NCBI GenBank assembly: GCA_976551045.1
Contig: CDPCPM010000013.1
Coordinates: 33,294,001 to 33,358,000, forward strand
Source: Glaucostegus cemiculus
Lineage: Eukaryota
Direction: 5' to 3'
Length of the DNA stretch: 64,000 nt
This document shows, one piece after another, positions 51,595 to 64,000 of the stretch. The position numbers and the translations under genes are program-made. The stretch's first letter is position 1; every line of letters starts with the position of its first letter. Under the pieces are notes generated by a model. The model saw only the letters and a program-made list of their open reading frames with translations, was not told the origin of the DNA and did no database searches.

Positions 51595-51940
51595 TAGGGA
51601 GATGGAGGCATAGAGGTTATGTTGTGTAGTGGTTGGATTAATTGTTCTAAAATCTCAAAGCGAGAGCTTGAAAATATAAACAGAGTTTAAAAATACATAA
51701 CACAAGAAGCTGGCATTGATGAAAGTAACCACAAAGTTGCTGGATTATTGTAAAGATCTAACTAATACACTAAAATCCTTTGGGGGAAGAAATGTGCCAT
51801 TCTTATGCTACTCAAGTCCTCAAATCTTAAATGCCCTTGCAAGTCACTAAATTGTATCAGATCACTTTCAGGAGTTCAAGGTCCATACCACATTCTTTGC
51901 ACAACTAGGAATGTGCACCAATCCTGCCCTGACCAAGAAT
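51595..51940 (+). mobile_element. Old SINE, same family as 35325 and 60995
   Basis: gctggcattgatgaaagtaaccacaaagttgctggattattgtaaagatctaact...aaatcctttgggggaagaaatgtgcc. Confidence 0.55.
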
Positions 51941-54900
51941 GACCATTTGAACTATGTGCACCAGCTGTATTTTGCACAGTAGCTTTGAAATCTATTAATA
52001 TGCTATGATAGTCCCATAGTAAACAAGAGAAATCTACTGGTTAAATTTTGTTGGATCAAAACATTTTGTTTGCTGCCAAGTATTTTGGTATTTAATAAAA
52101 CTTTTTTTTATCATGTATCACTCCATTTGTCTGTCTTGGACGAACACACGATAAGACTAGACTGTCTGTAAAAGACTGCTGTTTCTTTTAAATAATGCTT
52201 TTTCTCCCCTTGGGGAATGAATGAGTAATCAGGCACAATGTGTTAAAAAAAATCCCTGGAACTAATATTCTCAAAAATAAAAGGGATCCTTAGTAAATAA
52301 TTATGTATTACATCCAAAGTTGCTGCATATTTGGGTAGATGGAAGCAATTAGCTATCATTTGTTCAAAACATTGTAAGAAAATATTCAGGCAATTTTATA
52401 CTTTAAAAAAAATGATATCATTAGAACTTTATCATGATTTTCAGTTTTTCTGAAAAATAGTAGCATTAGTTTGTTGTGAAACTTTGAGAGACCCCAGTTG
52501 TAGCTACTTAGAACTTCAGTTTATTTGATTTTAGCTATTTTTTTAAATTGGCTTATAAAGATCTACAAAAAGGGGTTCTGTGACTTTAAAATTCCTTTAA
52601 AATCCCTGCTGGCTTTGATCCTGTAAGGGACAGATTTATGTATGTGCAGCCAAGGTGGGCTATGAAATCGTCCCACTATGAACGTTTTTGATGAAACACT
52701 TAGGTATATAAATGAAGCTGCTTTTTTTAAATGTCCGCCTGTCTTCGTTCCCCAACTACCAACTCTATTCAACTAGCCAGAAGACTAACCCTGCCAGACC
52801 CCCAATAGATCATATTCATGGGACTCCATCATTCCAAACCCATTGAATTACACAGTGCACCAGACATGATCTGTACCTGAAGAATTTCTAAATTAGGTTG
52901 TCATGGTTCTGTGATGTGTTTTACCCTTCACTATCTTACCCTTTAAAAGAAATGAAATTAAAAAAAAACAACAAATGGAACAAAAAGGCAAGTGGAAAAA
53001 AATTCCAGTAACTTAATCTACTGTGAATTTTGCTGCCTTCTGTTTTTTTACAGCTTAGGAGTAATGCTACTTCAATATCTAACCAGTTCCGCAGACTTCA
53101 CTTCTGAAGCCAACTTCATCTCTTAAATGTATTTTAATTGTGCTGCAAGTGTCTGAATGTCAAGGTAATTGCCTCTGGCATTGAAAGCATAAGCTGTCAC
53201 TGATGATTCTACCTAGCCTTCCACCTGCACAGTGACAAACATTTCTTAGAAAAACAGAATAATGTACAGTTATTTGAATTTAAAAAATGCAGCCTAACAT
53301 AAATAAAACTAAAAGAATTTCGGTGTGGTAACTTAATTTGATTGCTTCTGATGATGCCTAATGTATTTAGTAAAATAGTTTTAATCATAACTTTGCTGCA
53401 AATTGCACTTGCCTCTAGTAAAAAAAAATGCTATTAACCCTTTACCATTTAACCAACTAGGTCCCCCAATTAAAAGTGGGAAAATATCCAAAAATCAGCT
53501 TTGAATTCAAAAGCAGCCCATAGCAAAAGCAAAATGCCAGACTCTACAGAAATGTCCAAATGTGATATCAGTTAGGTTTGCATACTGAGGATTTCTGAAT
53601 CGAAGATAAATGTCAGTTAAATGGTCAGTAAAGTGAACCAACAGACCTTGCAAATACCTGTCAGTAGGGACTACTTAAACCTAATTCTCCTAAAAGCCCT
53701 GACGTTTGACTCTTGAAGCTAATTCCACATATTCATTGCTGTTCCACACATGTCAAGTACCTCAGTTAAGGTCAAGATTTGATAATGTCAGGTCAAGGAA
53801 TTAATGTAACTATTATATTTTTCTTAACTTTCCATGCAGTTAATACATACACAAAGTTTTGGTAAATAAAGTTGATGTTGACTGCAAAATAACCATTACA
53901 GCTGCTACAGCTGTTGGTTCAGGATTTAAAAGCATATTTTGTCATTTGCACTTATAGGTGAATCCACGTAAAATTTAATAACATCCTGTAACATATAATT
54001 GATCATTTTATTTTGTTAAAGTCATTTTGTATCTCTCTCTCTCTCTCATATGTATATACAGAAGCCCAGTTTTTGTTGGGAAGGCAAGTGCTTTTTCCTC
54101 TTACTTAAGGATAATTCATTAGGCACAGTGCAGACTGAAACCAAGTCTGAATACTTCTTGGGAGGCTAGACATAATAGGTCTTCAATTTTAGTTTCAGTT
54201 CATAGGGACTGGTAGAGATTGGCTGTGAAGACTGCAGAGAGGTAGGGGTTGGCTGGAGAACCACATTCCTTTAGACATCACCCTTGACACTACATCATCT
54301 TAAGCTTTACACTATACACAGAAATATTCTTTTATGCATAAGAAATAGAAACGCAGCTTTTGTCTTTCAGAAGCAAATGTTACTCACAGATTTGTCAGGA
54401 ATCTGCAGGTGTGGTACAAATTAGTTTTCTTTGGCATTAATGCAGAGTTGGAGCAAAAAACATACTTAGACCAGACAGTACATTTTTCAAGTCTTGGGAC
54501 CATGGTTTGAGGAAATGAAGGTGGTATGAAGACCATACAGTATAGCTGAACTATGATAAATGGGTGACTAGCTTGCCAATTTTCTGTCTGAATCAGGATT
54601 ATGCCTGGATCAATTTTTAATGGGATGGTTTAACTATTTAAGTATTCAAGCTCTCTGACACTGGAAATTAACAATCACATATGTAGGAACTCTTTTCATC
54701 AGGTATTAATTAATGCTTGAGACTTTTTATGTCAGAGTCCCAATTTTATTTCCATCTTATTTCTATTCATGAATTTTGTTTGATACTGTATTCAATCACT
54801 CTAATTTGTACAATTTGCTCAGCCCTTGAAATGTTTATTTCACTATGTTTCAAACTCATTGGTTAAACAGATAAATGGTTCATTTCTCTGTTTACTCATG

Positions 54901-56155
54901 TCCAAATGCCTCGTTTCCTCTTTCACCATATCAGCATTTCTTGTCAGCCACAATTGTGTGCAGCTATTATAGGATTGGCTCCAGTCTTGGAAGCAGGTTG
55001 TCAATGTGACCATACAAAATGCTGGTGTGATTAGCCACAGGACTGAAGCTCTTGGTCTATTTTATTTCAGACGCTTCCAGACATATTACTTGGCAAGTTT
55101 TCAAGATGTCCTCAAGTAAGTGAGCACAGTGCATCTGAGGCAGGTACTGCTTGTCAATAGCATCGAGGTTCCTACTCAAAAATGCAGCCACTGACCCCAT
55201 CCTTTAACCTTAAACCAATAAGGGGAGGAGTTTAATATTGTTGAGACGTGGAAAGATTACCAATAGAAGAAGATGTTGCATCTCTGCACAAAAAAGGATG
55301 ATAACTGTAGCTGAGAATTGAAGTAACATATTAATTGAATGCAAAGTGATTTGAGATTACTAAGGATGTGAAAGTGCTGAAACCCCTTTCTAAAATAATT
55401 TACTAAGCAGAAAATCAATTTATTGAATGAAGGACATTTCTACAGCATTTTTCACAACCTCAGGATGTTCATTGCCAACTTATAAGGCAAGGTTCCACAA
55501 AGAGAAATGAAATTAAGTGCATGTGTTTACAATGGTGACCAAAAGATAAGTATTAGTCAAGACATTAAAGAGAGCTAGCCAAGGCATGGTGAAAGTGTGC
55601 TATTATATTTTTTATATCAACTTAGAAGGCAGGTGAGGTCATAGATTGACATCCCATTTGAAATGTGATGCTTCTGATAATGCTGTAGTCTCTCTGTGGT
55701 CCATTACAGTGTCCACTAGATTATGGACTCTAACACTCAGAATGGCAGCTGATCCTACCAGTGATAGTGTGAAGTATGGTGGGGTGGAGATGAACAGCAG
55801 CGACCTGGAGACCTGCCATGTACCATTAGTAGTGGTTCATTCATATATGGAGAAATGATGGATAAATGAATTTGAAAGCAAGGATGTGGAGTGGATGGAG
55901 GTTGTGTGAACCAGTGGGGCTGAATGGCCTTTTACTGTTTTTTTGATTCCATGTAAATCTATATAGACTAAATAATGGAACAAATACTTCCCAATATTGG
56001 GATAGAATTGAAGGGATAGAATTGAAGTCAGAATTGAATTCAGAAGGAATCAGATGAATAAGTATCATTAGATGTAAAGATCACTCCTAATTTCAAGTTC
56101 TATTTACAACTAAATATTTTTTCTGGTACAAGATTAATATATTAAAAAAAATTAC

Positions 56156-56238
56156 CATTAGAAATTCTTTCTTCTCAACTCGTTGGTTGTCATCAATGTC
56201 CAGCATACTAAAGGCAATGTGGAATCCGGTGTGTGGCT
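56156..56238 (-). CDS. MICU2: MICU2 internal coding exon (equivalent to human exon 6), 83 nt, phase 1 to 0, encodes EF-hand 1
   Basis: Acceptor ccttctgcttacag| and donor ATG|gtaatt. Translates (K)PHTGFHIAFSMLDIDDNQRVEKKEFLM versus recalled human MICU2 KPHSGFHVAFKMLDTDGNEMIEKREFFK, with the same length. Confidence 0.95.
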
Positions 56239-58719
56239 CTGTAAGCAGAAGGAATGTATTATCATTAACCAAGGAAAATAATGAGCTGGATTTATGTGTT
56301 TAGCAGCATTTTTTCCAGTGTTTTTGATGGGGATGAAGCAGTGGAACTCATCATCAAATCACTGCCTCTAATATATACTGGACACTTGAAGATGATTATC
56401 ATCAGCTTCTAACCCTAGCTTCACCACACGGCAGAGTTCATTGCAGCCCATCTTTCCTTGTACCAATAGCCTGCAGTCACCAGCAAAGGCCCAAAAATCA
56501 TTTGCCTTTGCTGGCAGTTACATAGAGCAGCCACTGGTAGCAAACAATGGCCTGAAAAATGCTTACTTTACAGAACCAACAGCATGCTGTTTTTTGAAAG
56601 TCAGACTTCCACACCTGCATATTTCCAAAGATTTCTGAAACGTCCACTGCCACTGAGGGACAAGGCACTGCCCTGTGGAGTGAAACCCCCTTTTGTTTGG
56701 TGGGGTAGCCTAGTTTGTAGAGGTGAATGCAGGGAAATGTTTCTGTTTTAATATTCTGTTTTAACCTTAATGATATTAGTGAATTTATATCACGTAAAGA
56801 TGTTTAAGCAATTTTTGAAAAGCTAGAAATTCTGTCTTCAAGACAGAAATTCTGTCACCTGTTCTCAAATATCTGTGAGCATAGAGATTTATATAGGCTG
56901 ACCACATTTCCATTGTTATAATACGGGACAGTTTCTTAATCGAGTGATCTCTCATGTACATGCACACATGTACGCTGGGATCAGGAGTTGTGGACAAAGG
57001 CATGGCTAAGAGTGGGGCCAAGTGTGTGGTCAGGAGCCAGGGACAGAGGAAGGCCAAGACCAGGAGCTGGGGACTGGGGTGTGGCCAGGATCTTGCATAC
57101 TCACACCTAAGCATGAGGTCTTGTCTATCCCACCTTCCTCACCACCTCACCCACCAACTCCTTGATCTAGAGCACTCTTAGTCCTCTCTCTCTCTGAAAT
57201 TCACTTTGAGAATCCTTCCTATCTTCTTCCTGCCCTCCCACAGATCCTGCCCCTTAAGCCCACTCATAGACACCCTCTTACCCATTTCCCCACTCTATTC
57301 CCATGCTCCAGTCCTGGCTCCCAGCTACACATTTGGTCTCCAGCTCCTGATCCCAGCCCCGAATCCTGTTGCACTCCAGCCCACACTTCTGGCCCTGCTC
57401 TGCCTACACATATGACTCCATTCCTAGCCATGTTCCATCTGTACTCCTGGCTCCACTCTCAGCCATTCACCAGCTACACCCCTGCCCCACTCACATCTTG
57501 GCCAAGTTCCTACCACCTTCCCCCTTCAGAGGCATGGGATGCTCCCACCAACTTGCTGAGGATGGATGGCTAAGGCAGAAGCAGGTGAGTGTGGCCTTTG
57601 AGCAGCAATCATCTTGAATGGGCTCAAGTCTAATGACTCATATACATGCTAAGCTTTGGTTCAGGAATAATTGAAATATTCTTTGCAAAATGCTACAGAC
57701 ATTTGGAGGCAGAAAATATGGGACGATTTGTCATTTCTTAAGAAAAGATTGGGATACCCATGTTATGGCTTTAACAAGGGATTGTCCCATTAAAAAGCCA
57801 TGACCTAGACCAGTATCCATTGCTTGAAGCTGAGTTGCTGCTCATATACTGCTCCGCCTCGTGGGATGGGCACAGCAGCCAAGACAGATATCCGGAGGCA
57901 CAAAACTAATGGCACGAGCAGGGCAGGAAGCAAGTATGGCCAGTGGGCGAGATCAAGCATGATCCAGCCCAAAGCCTTAGGGTATGAGGTTTTTATAGGG
58001 TTTCCATTGTTAAAGATCAAAAGAGATCTGTGGAACCTAGACATTAACCTTAAAGTTTATTACTTAAATAATTGACATTTTAATGCAAGTTTCTTTAAAC
58101 ACTTTTTAAAAACCTTTAGTTATCTAAATTGTAAGAGCTGATGAAGATCTTACAAATTTAATCTTGCAGTGTGGCTTTAAGGAACATTAAGTTCTCGAGT
58201 CCCAATCTTGCCACTTGTTTTGAAGAGGAAGAGCATTAGAATAAGGTGGCTTCCTGTCTCTACCACCAAATGCCAGCCTGAATAGCGTGGTAGATGGCCT
58301 GCAGGTGGTCCACTTCCTTATTACCCTAGAAATTCCTTCAGAAAAGTCCACCTCCCTCATCTAACTCTAACAATGGAGTTGTGTCAGTTGGTATACTGCT
58401 GAAGAGACAGCTCATAATCAATAATCTAAGCCTCTTGTTAAATGTGCAAGTCAGTGTGGATCCTAATGATAACAAATTCCTTCCTGGTTTCTCTCAATCA
58501 GTCAGCCTATGTGAAAAATCTGCATTGACTGTGAAGAATACTTTATTTTCACTCTGACATTAATGCAATGAGATTATGTATTAGAATGCATTCCAAACAT
58601 CTGCTACAGGTTATTTGCAATCTGACAGTAAACACCCATATCTTAAAAAAGTCATGCCAATACCACTTGTTCCTCTATTCTATACAGATGAGCAAGTGAA
58701 ACAGTTGATATTTGTGTCA

Positions 58720-59385
58720 TAAAAACAGGAAATGCTGGGAACATTCAGCAAGTCAGTCAGCACCTGTGGAAGGAGAAACAGTCAAAGGTACTTAGTCAAA
58801 ACTGGGAATGAAAAAACAAGCTAGTTTTCAGTTGCAGAGAAGCTGGGGTAATGATAGATTGAATAAAGGGAATATCTTTGATTTGTAAGCAAATGAGTTA
58901 ATGTAGCAGCCAAAACAGCAGTTAGGATCAGATTATGTTTCTTTGTCTGTGTAATGCATTGCTTAAAGCAAGGTTATGAGATATACAGTATGTGGACTCT
59001 GTTAATTGATAAAGAAAAATGGAGCCAAAAGATGACAGGCAGATACAAAAAGAGTGAATTACTTAAAATTGGGGAGTTCAGTACTGAGTCCTGAAGGCTG
59101 TAATTTGCCCAGACTGAGGTATTATTCTTCAACCATGCATTGGGCCTCGTTGTAACAGTGCAGGAGCTCACAGACAGAGAAGTCAGTGTAGGAGTGCAAT
59201 AGTGAATTCAAGTGGCAGTTCAGGATCACTCTTGTAAGTGAAGCATAGGTGCCCCACAAAACGTCCATGCAATCTGCATTTGGCTTTTCCAATGTAGAAA
59301 CCACAATGTGAGCATCAAATGCAATACACTAGATTGGAATAAGTGCAAGTGAATCACTGCTTCACCTGGAAAGACTGCGGCCCTG
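58720..59385 (-). mobile_element. Penelope-like element 3' fragment (GIY-YIG endonuclease relic)
   Basis: Reverse strand near 59240-59360 reads FTCTYSNLVYCI*CSHCGFYIGKAKCRLHGRFVGHL, a degenerate NLVYCI.C..C...YIGET.R.L..RF.EH motif. A terminal repeat lies at 58720. Confidence 0.85.
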
Positions 59386-60994
59386 TGTGGTGGGCTACTT
59401 ATTATCAAATTTTCAATAATATTTAAGTACATATTACATTTAACACAGAAGAATACTCCTGGTTGCTACACTTTTGTAAAAAAATTGGATATTAAAGCAA
59501 AGAAAAGCTTGGGATTAATGTGCAAAAGTGTGCTTGAGGATTTGAGTTTTAAGGAGGCCTTTACCTTTAAAGAGTGAACAGATATAAGGGAGGGAGATGA
59601 GTGGTTTAGGGAGGGAATTCTAGGGTCTGGGTGCTATCTCAGGAGTCACAAACCTTAATGGTTCACCAAGGTAACAGAGGTAAACCAAAGACCAGAGTCA
59701 AAGACACTGACCATGCCGTTGGAGTCCAGGTGCTTTGGGCCAGTGAGATTAGCCCTCTGAATTTGAGCATGGGGGTCCAAGGGTGGTGATTCTGGGCAAG
59801 TAGATACGGGGTCAACTAATTTCAGTCCTTTATCCATGTCCCTGGGACAATTACATTCATGGACCAAAAATTACTTTACTTATTGTTTGCCTCTCTCAAT
59901 GTAATGATAATCCAAATACAACATCAGCATCTAGAAGCATAATTAAAGGCCAGTTAATATTGGATTTCGATCCTTTAATTCTGCACTCTCAGTGCAAGCC
60001 AAATCTGCAGCTCAGCACTTTGAAGCTTGAGGAGATACCTCCCATTTTGCCAAGTAAAATCAAAACCATTCCTTCTTGTTTTGCAAACTTCTAACTAAAG
60101 TATCTTACATTTTGAGCTGAGTTTAGACATTTATGTCAAACCAATGAGTGGCCGCATGATTTTCAAAAATGTCAGATCTAACATACATCAACTCTAAATA
60201 CTTGTATATGAAATAACAATACCATATAATAATACAAAACCTCATGAGGGGAAAAGTGGCATGAGGCACATGCAAAATCTATTCTCTTTATTCACAAAAG
60301 AAGCCATCGTGTCATATAAAGAAACTCTCAGTATCAATGTATTCCAGCCAACCCCCATTCCACTTTTCTCCCCTATTCAAACTCTTTCTATATCTCTTCA
60401 TTCAAACTAGAAAACACAATGTTCAGCTGTACTTTAAACTTCTGAGTCTGAAGAATGGATTAGCTTGCTCCCTCATTTGTTAAAATAAATCAATTTATTT
60501 TCTTCTAGTCTTGGAAATTTGAATGTCTGAACAGAAACTATTTGTCCGGTTCATGGTTCTTATCAATATCAGTCTTAAACCTCAACTGTGGTTACTTTCT
60601 GCTCCCAACTTACTTGAAGCAAGGTTTGTGTGGTTAAAATCCAGACTCAATGAAAGGGGTTTACAAGTCAGATTTGGCTCACCTGATTGACAATGACTAA
60701 GAGTGCCAAGTCTTGTCATTATTTTGCTTCTCTTTTTTGGAGTAATGGTTTGATGTATCTTTAAGAGCAAGATGTTCAAACTTAAACAGTTCAAATTCAC
60801 ATGTAAAATTACAGTTCATGTCAGGATTTCAGGACTCTCGATTTGTATACCAGATAAGAAATCTTTCCAATAGTAACTTATGTGAAGTTAGTACGATGAA
60901 TAATATCAAAATCCTTCTCCTTTTGCTAATAGACATAATTTTCATTTAAAATCCCTCTAAATGTATTCACATTGAAATTTACCTACAATCTGCA

Positions 60995-61255
60995 CAGAGT
61001 GGTATGGTGTAATAGTTATTGTCTCGAATAGTAATCCAGAGATTGCAACAGATTGTTATGGAATGTGCTAATTTATGAGCAAAGGCCATTAAAGCTGCTA
61101 AACTGTCCTAAAAATTCACCAATGCCCCAAGGAAAGGGAATCTGACACTTCTACTTGGTCCAGTCTACACGAGTCTGACCTTCACAATGCAGTGACGAAA
61201 AACACTCAATTGCCTTAAAATATTAAAAACTGCAGTGATTCAGGAGAAAGCTCCA
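60995..61255 (+). mobile_element. Old SINE fragment
   Basis: tRNA-like head tggtgtaatagttattgtctcgaatagtaatccagag; body like the 51595 copy. Confidence 0.5.
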
Positions 61256-62414
61256 AAGAGATCAGCATTGTCTATAAAGTCACAAAAAAAGAACAACAGT
61301 AGCTGGGATTTTCAGCTTTGGCATGAAACCCGTGCAATGTTATCAAAGAACCTTATTCATCTGCTCTTGAACCCCTTAAAGTTTTCTTGCCTACTTTGCC
61401 TCCACCAGGGAAAAACAGGCAAACCTCAGTCATCTGCTATTATGAAGCCACATAGTCAGCTGCAGAAGAACTATAGAACAGCTTTAAACTATGCCATTTA
61501 TCAGCAGTGACTCTGTTTAATAGCCATTCACATAACCAGTATCCAAATTTCTAGTCCATACATTTGCACAAATGCAAATAAATCAGTGTTTCGAAATTTC
61601 TTTTGCTGCTCTTAACTTCAGAGATATTTGCTTTAACTTGCACCTCCTTACACTTGCAATTCTTCATCTAACTATAATCATTAAATAAGTACGTTTTTAA
61701 TATATATAATTGTACCCTTTCTCTACCTTTACCACACCCTTAATAGTCCCAACTAGTGTGAAAATTAAGGCACTAGATGATCTCTCTTCTGTTTTTGGAT
61801 GTTAATGCACTACATTTCCTGACATTAGATCTGGCCAAACATTCCAGGAAGGGGTAAATGGAATCAAAGAGAACGTTTTCCAATTAATTTCTTATTGTGA
61901 TTTGAAGATCCAGCACAGTAAAAATGGCAAAATAATTTCCTTATCAACTGATCACATTACTTGTGGTCAGCAGCAAATTTTCTAATGATGTTTCATAATC
62001 AAATGTATAAGTTATAGCCACCCAGGCAGAGAGTTATTTTTACACATGCAACATGTTTATAATAATGAGTTAACTGTCACTTCAACGAGAATTAAAATGT
62101 ATTTAATTGCAGGAATCTCAGACTCCTCAAATTCTTGATTTATGCAGTTTTATATGACAATCATAGTAAACCACATATTAATTATGCTCCTCCCTTAGAG
62201 GATATAATAACAAAGGTCATGAATTATTTTTTTTCTAAGGGGATACAAACTGTATCCAGCCTTTCTTCACTTTACATGGGCACAATAGTATCAGATAAAA
62301 TGTTCCCAGCAACGGATTTTAGATTACCTAGACTACAATGTGGCACTCATGTTTGCCTCCTGTGTTTACATATCTTACGTAAATATCTTTTACTACTGCC
62401 CCAGAGTCTTTGAT

Positions 62415-62705
62415 ATGGTAGCAGTTAGCATAACACTATTACAGCATCAGCGACCTGGGTTCAATTCCAGTCACTGTTTGTAAGGAGTTTGTACGTTCTT
62501 CCCGTGTCTGCGTGGGGTTCCTCTGGGTGCTCCAGTTTCCTCCCATATTCCAAAGATGTATGGGTTAGGAAGTTGTGGGACTGATATGTTGGCACCGGAA
62601 GTTGGCGGCACTTGTGGGCTGCCCCCAGAACACTCTACACAAAAGATGCATTTCACTGTGTGTTTTGATGTACTTGTGACCTATAAAGATATGTTATCTT
62701 ATCTC
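62415..62705 (+). mobile_element. V-SINE with a non-CR1 (Rex1-like) tail
   Basis: B box gggttcaattcc and V-domain as in 14684, but the 3' part is different and ends gcatttcactgtg...gtgacctataaagatatg(ttatc)n. Confidence 0.85.
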
Positions 62706-63191
62706 CTTCCACAAATTTGGTTTATCTGCTGGGTATTTACAGCATTTTTAGTTTTTATTTCAGATTTCCAGCAGTTTTTTGATTGCATTAAATATCAATG
62801 AAGGCCTTTACTATTGCTTCCCTTAATTTCCTGATGGTTCTAATATATTCAGAGAGAGTATATCTCAAATTATGAAATATTAAAACTTTCAAATAGTATC
62901 AAAATAAAGCCTAAATTTTGTTAGCAAGGTATTCAACATTCAGTGCTGTTTGCTTTCATAATGAACTGAAGGCTAGATCTAAATTAAGTAGAAGTGACAA
63001 TAGTCCCCTCCCTCAAAAGAATTTTCTGCTTTACATGGATGATCACACTTTAAAGAAAAAGTGGGTGGGAGGTCCATTGAAAATCCTGAGCTTGTGCATG
63101 GTTATAAGTTCTTTCATTATTTCTTTGAGTATGTGGAAAATTCACCAAACAAAAGCAATAGGTATTCTATCAATGAAATATGTGTCATAAA

Positions 63192-63542
63192 GTCAGAGTC
63201 ATAGGGTCATACAGCATGGAAACAGAGCCTACGGCCCACCGAGTCCACATCAACCACTCTTTTAAACTAATTTTACATTAATTCTTTTTATTCACCTCAC
63301 ATTTTGATCACCACCCATCAGATTCTACCACTCATCTACACACTAGCAGCATTTATAATCTCCAATTTACCTACCAACTTGCACGTTTTTGGGATATTGG
63401 AGGAAACCTGGGCACTCGTTGGAGACCCATACAGCCATGGGGAGAACATGCAAATAGCGCACATACAGCACCCTAGGTCAGGATTGAACCAGCATCTCTG
63501 GCACTGTGAGGAAGCTGGTTTATTAGCTGCACCACTGTGTGG
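63192..63542 (-). mobile_element. HE1-type V-SINE, near full length
   Basis: Reverse complement of the 13503 family: (agagtcat)n tail, V-domain, and head ending tgcaccactgtg. Confidence 0.88.
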
Positions 63543-63681
63543 TCAGATGGGTTTAAAAGTTAGCTTACAATTGCTTTAGAAAGTTGCATTATAGGTCATG
63601 CAGATTTGGAGGAGAATTCTGGATGAATTAATTATAGTCTGGCAAACTCAGACCCTTATTGGAATCAAAATTCAAAATATT

Positions 63682-64000
63682 TGCCTAAATAGCCATAAGA
63701 ACAATATCGAATCCTTGCACTGAAAAGATTCACACTCAGTGTTATGAGACCCTGTACATGCGATGGCTAAGGAGAGAATAGGTCCCCTGGAAGATCAGCA
63801 TGGCCATCTGTGTGTGAATATTTCCCTGCAGTTTTTACTGTGGAGAAAACAATGGAGGCTAAGGAAATGAGGGAAATAAGTGATGATGTCTTGGACCATG
63901 TACGAATTAGCAGGGAGAAGGTAATGGAGGCCTTAAAATACGTTAAGGTGGATAAATCCCCAGGGCCTGACCTGGTGCATTGTCAGATCTTTCGGAAAGG
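63682..64000 (+). mobile_element. CR1-type LINE ORF2 fragment running off the window
   Basis: ISREKVMEALKYVKVDKSPGPDLVHCQIFRK motif at the window end. Confidence 0.88.

Noticed and set aside
54388-54402. 15-nt AG..GT segment (ctgcag|ATTCCTGACAAATCT|gtgagt) with an upstream CTAAT
   Set aside because: Weak pyrimidine tract; such matches are expected by chance in a 13-kb intron. Worth revisiting only if junction reads appear.
56000-56045. Short tandem repeat (ggatagaattgaag)x2 downstream of exon 6
   Set aside because: Ordinary slippage duplication with no evidence of function.

Overview
Eukaryotic, AT-rich genomic DNA. The repeat content (HE1-type V-SINEs, CR1/HER1-type LINEs, Tx1, Rex1/Babar, Penelope-derived repeats) points to a cartilaginous fish, probably a ray or sawfish; this is inference. 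The window lies inside one minus-strand gene, most likely MICU2 (mitochondrial calcium uptake 2/EFHA1). Three coding exons are visible: 56238-56156 (EF-hand 1), 42693-42637 and 6916-6828. They splice in frame to (K)PHTGFHIAFSMLDIDDNQRVEKKEFLM|LQSIIGRKKERKLEAHSAS|EINKEMNTTLLVHFFGKEGELKLQYKDFY(R), across introns of about 13.5 kb and 35.7 kb. None of the supplied ORFs corresponds to these exons; those ORFs are chance frames or transposon debris. I found no new multi-gene system. The most unusual structures are short-range templated duplications, including a 262-bp copy bracketed by a perfect 13-bp telomere-like inverted repeat and a 96-bp near-perfect inverted copy inside a CR1. Also noted: a solo LTR cleanly nested in a Tx1 ORF, a 9-nt microexon candidate, and a Gly-to-Asp change in the EF-hand loop. 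Repeat boundaries are approximate, and family names come from remembered motifs, not from a database search.
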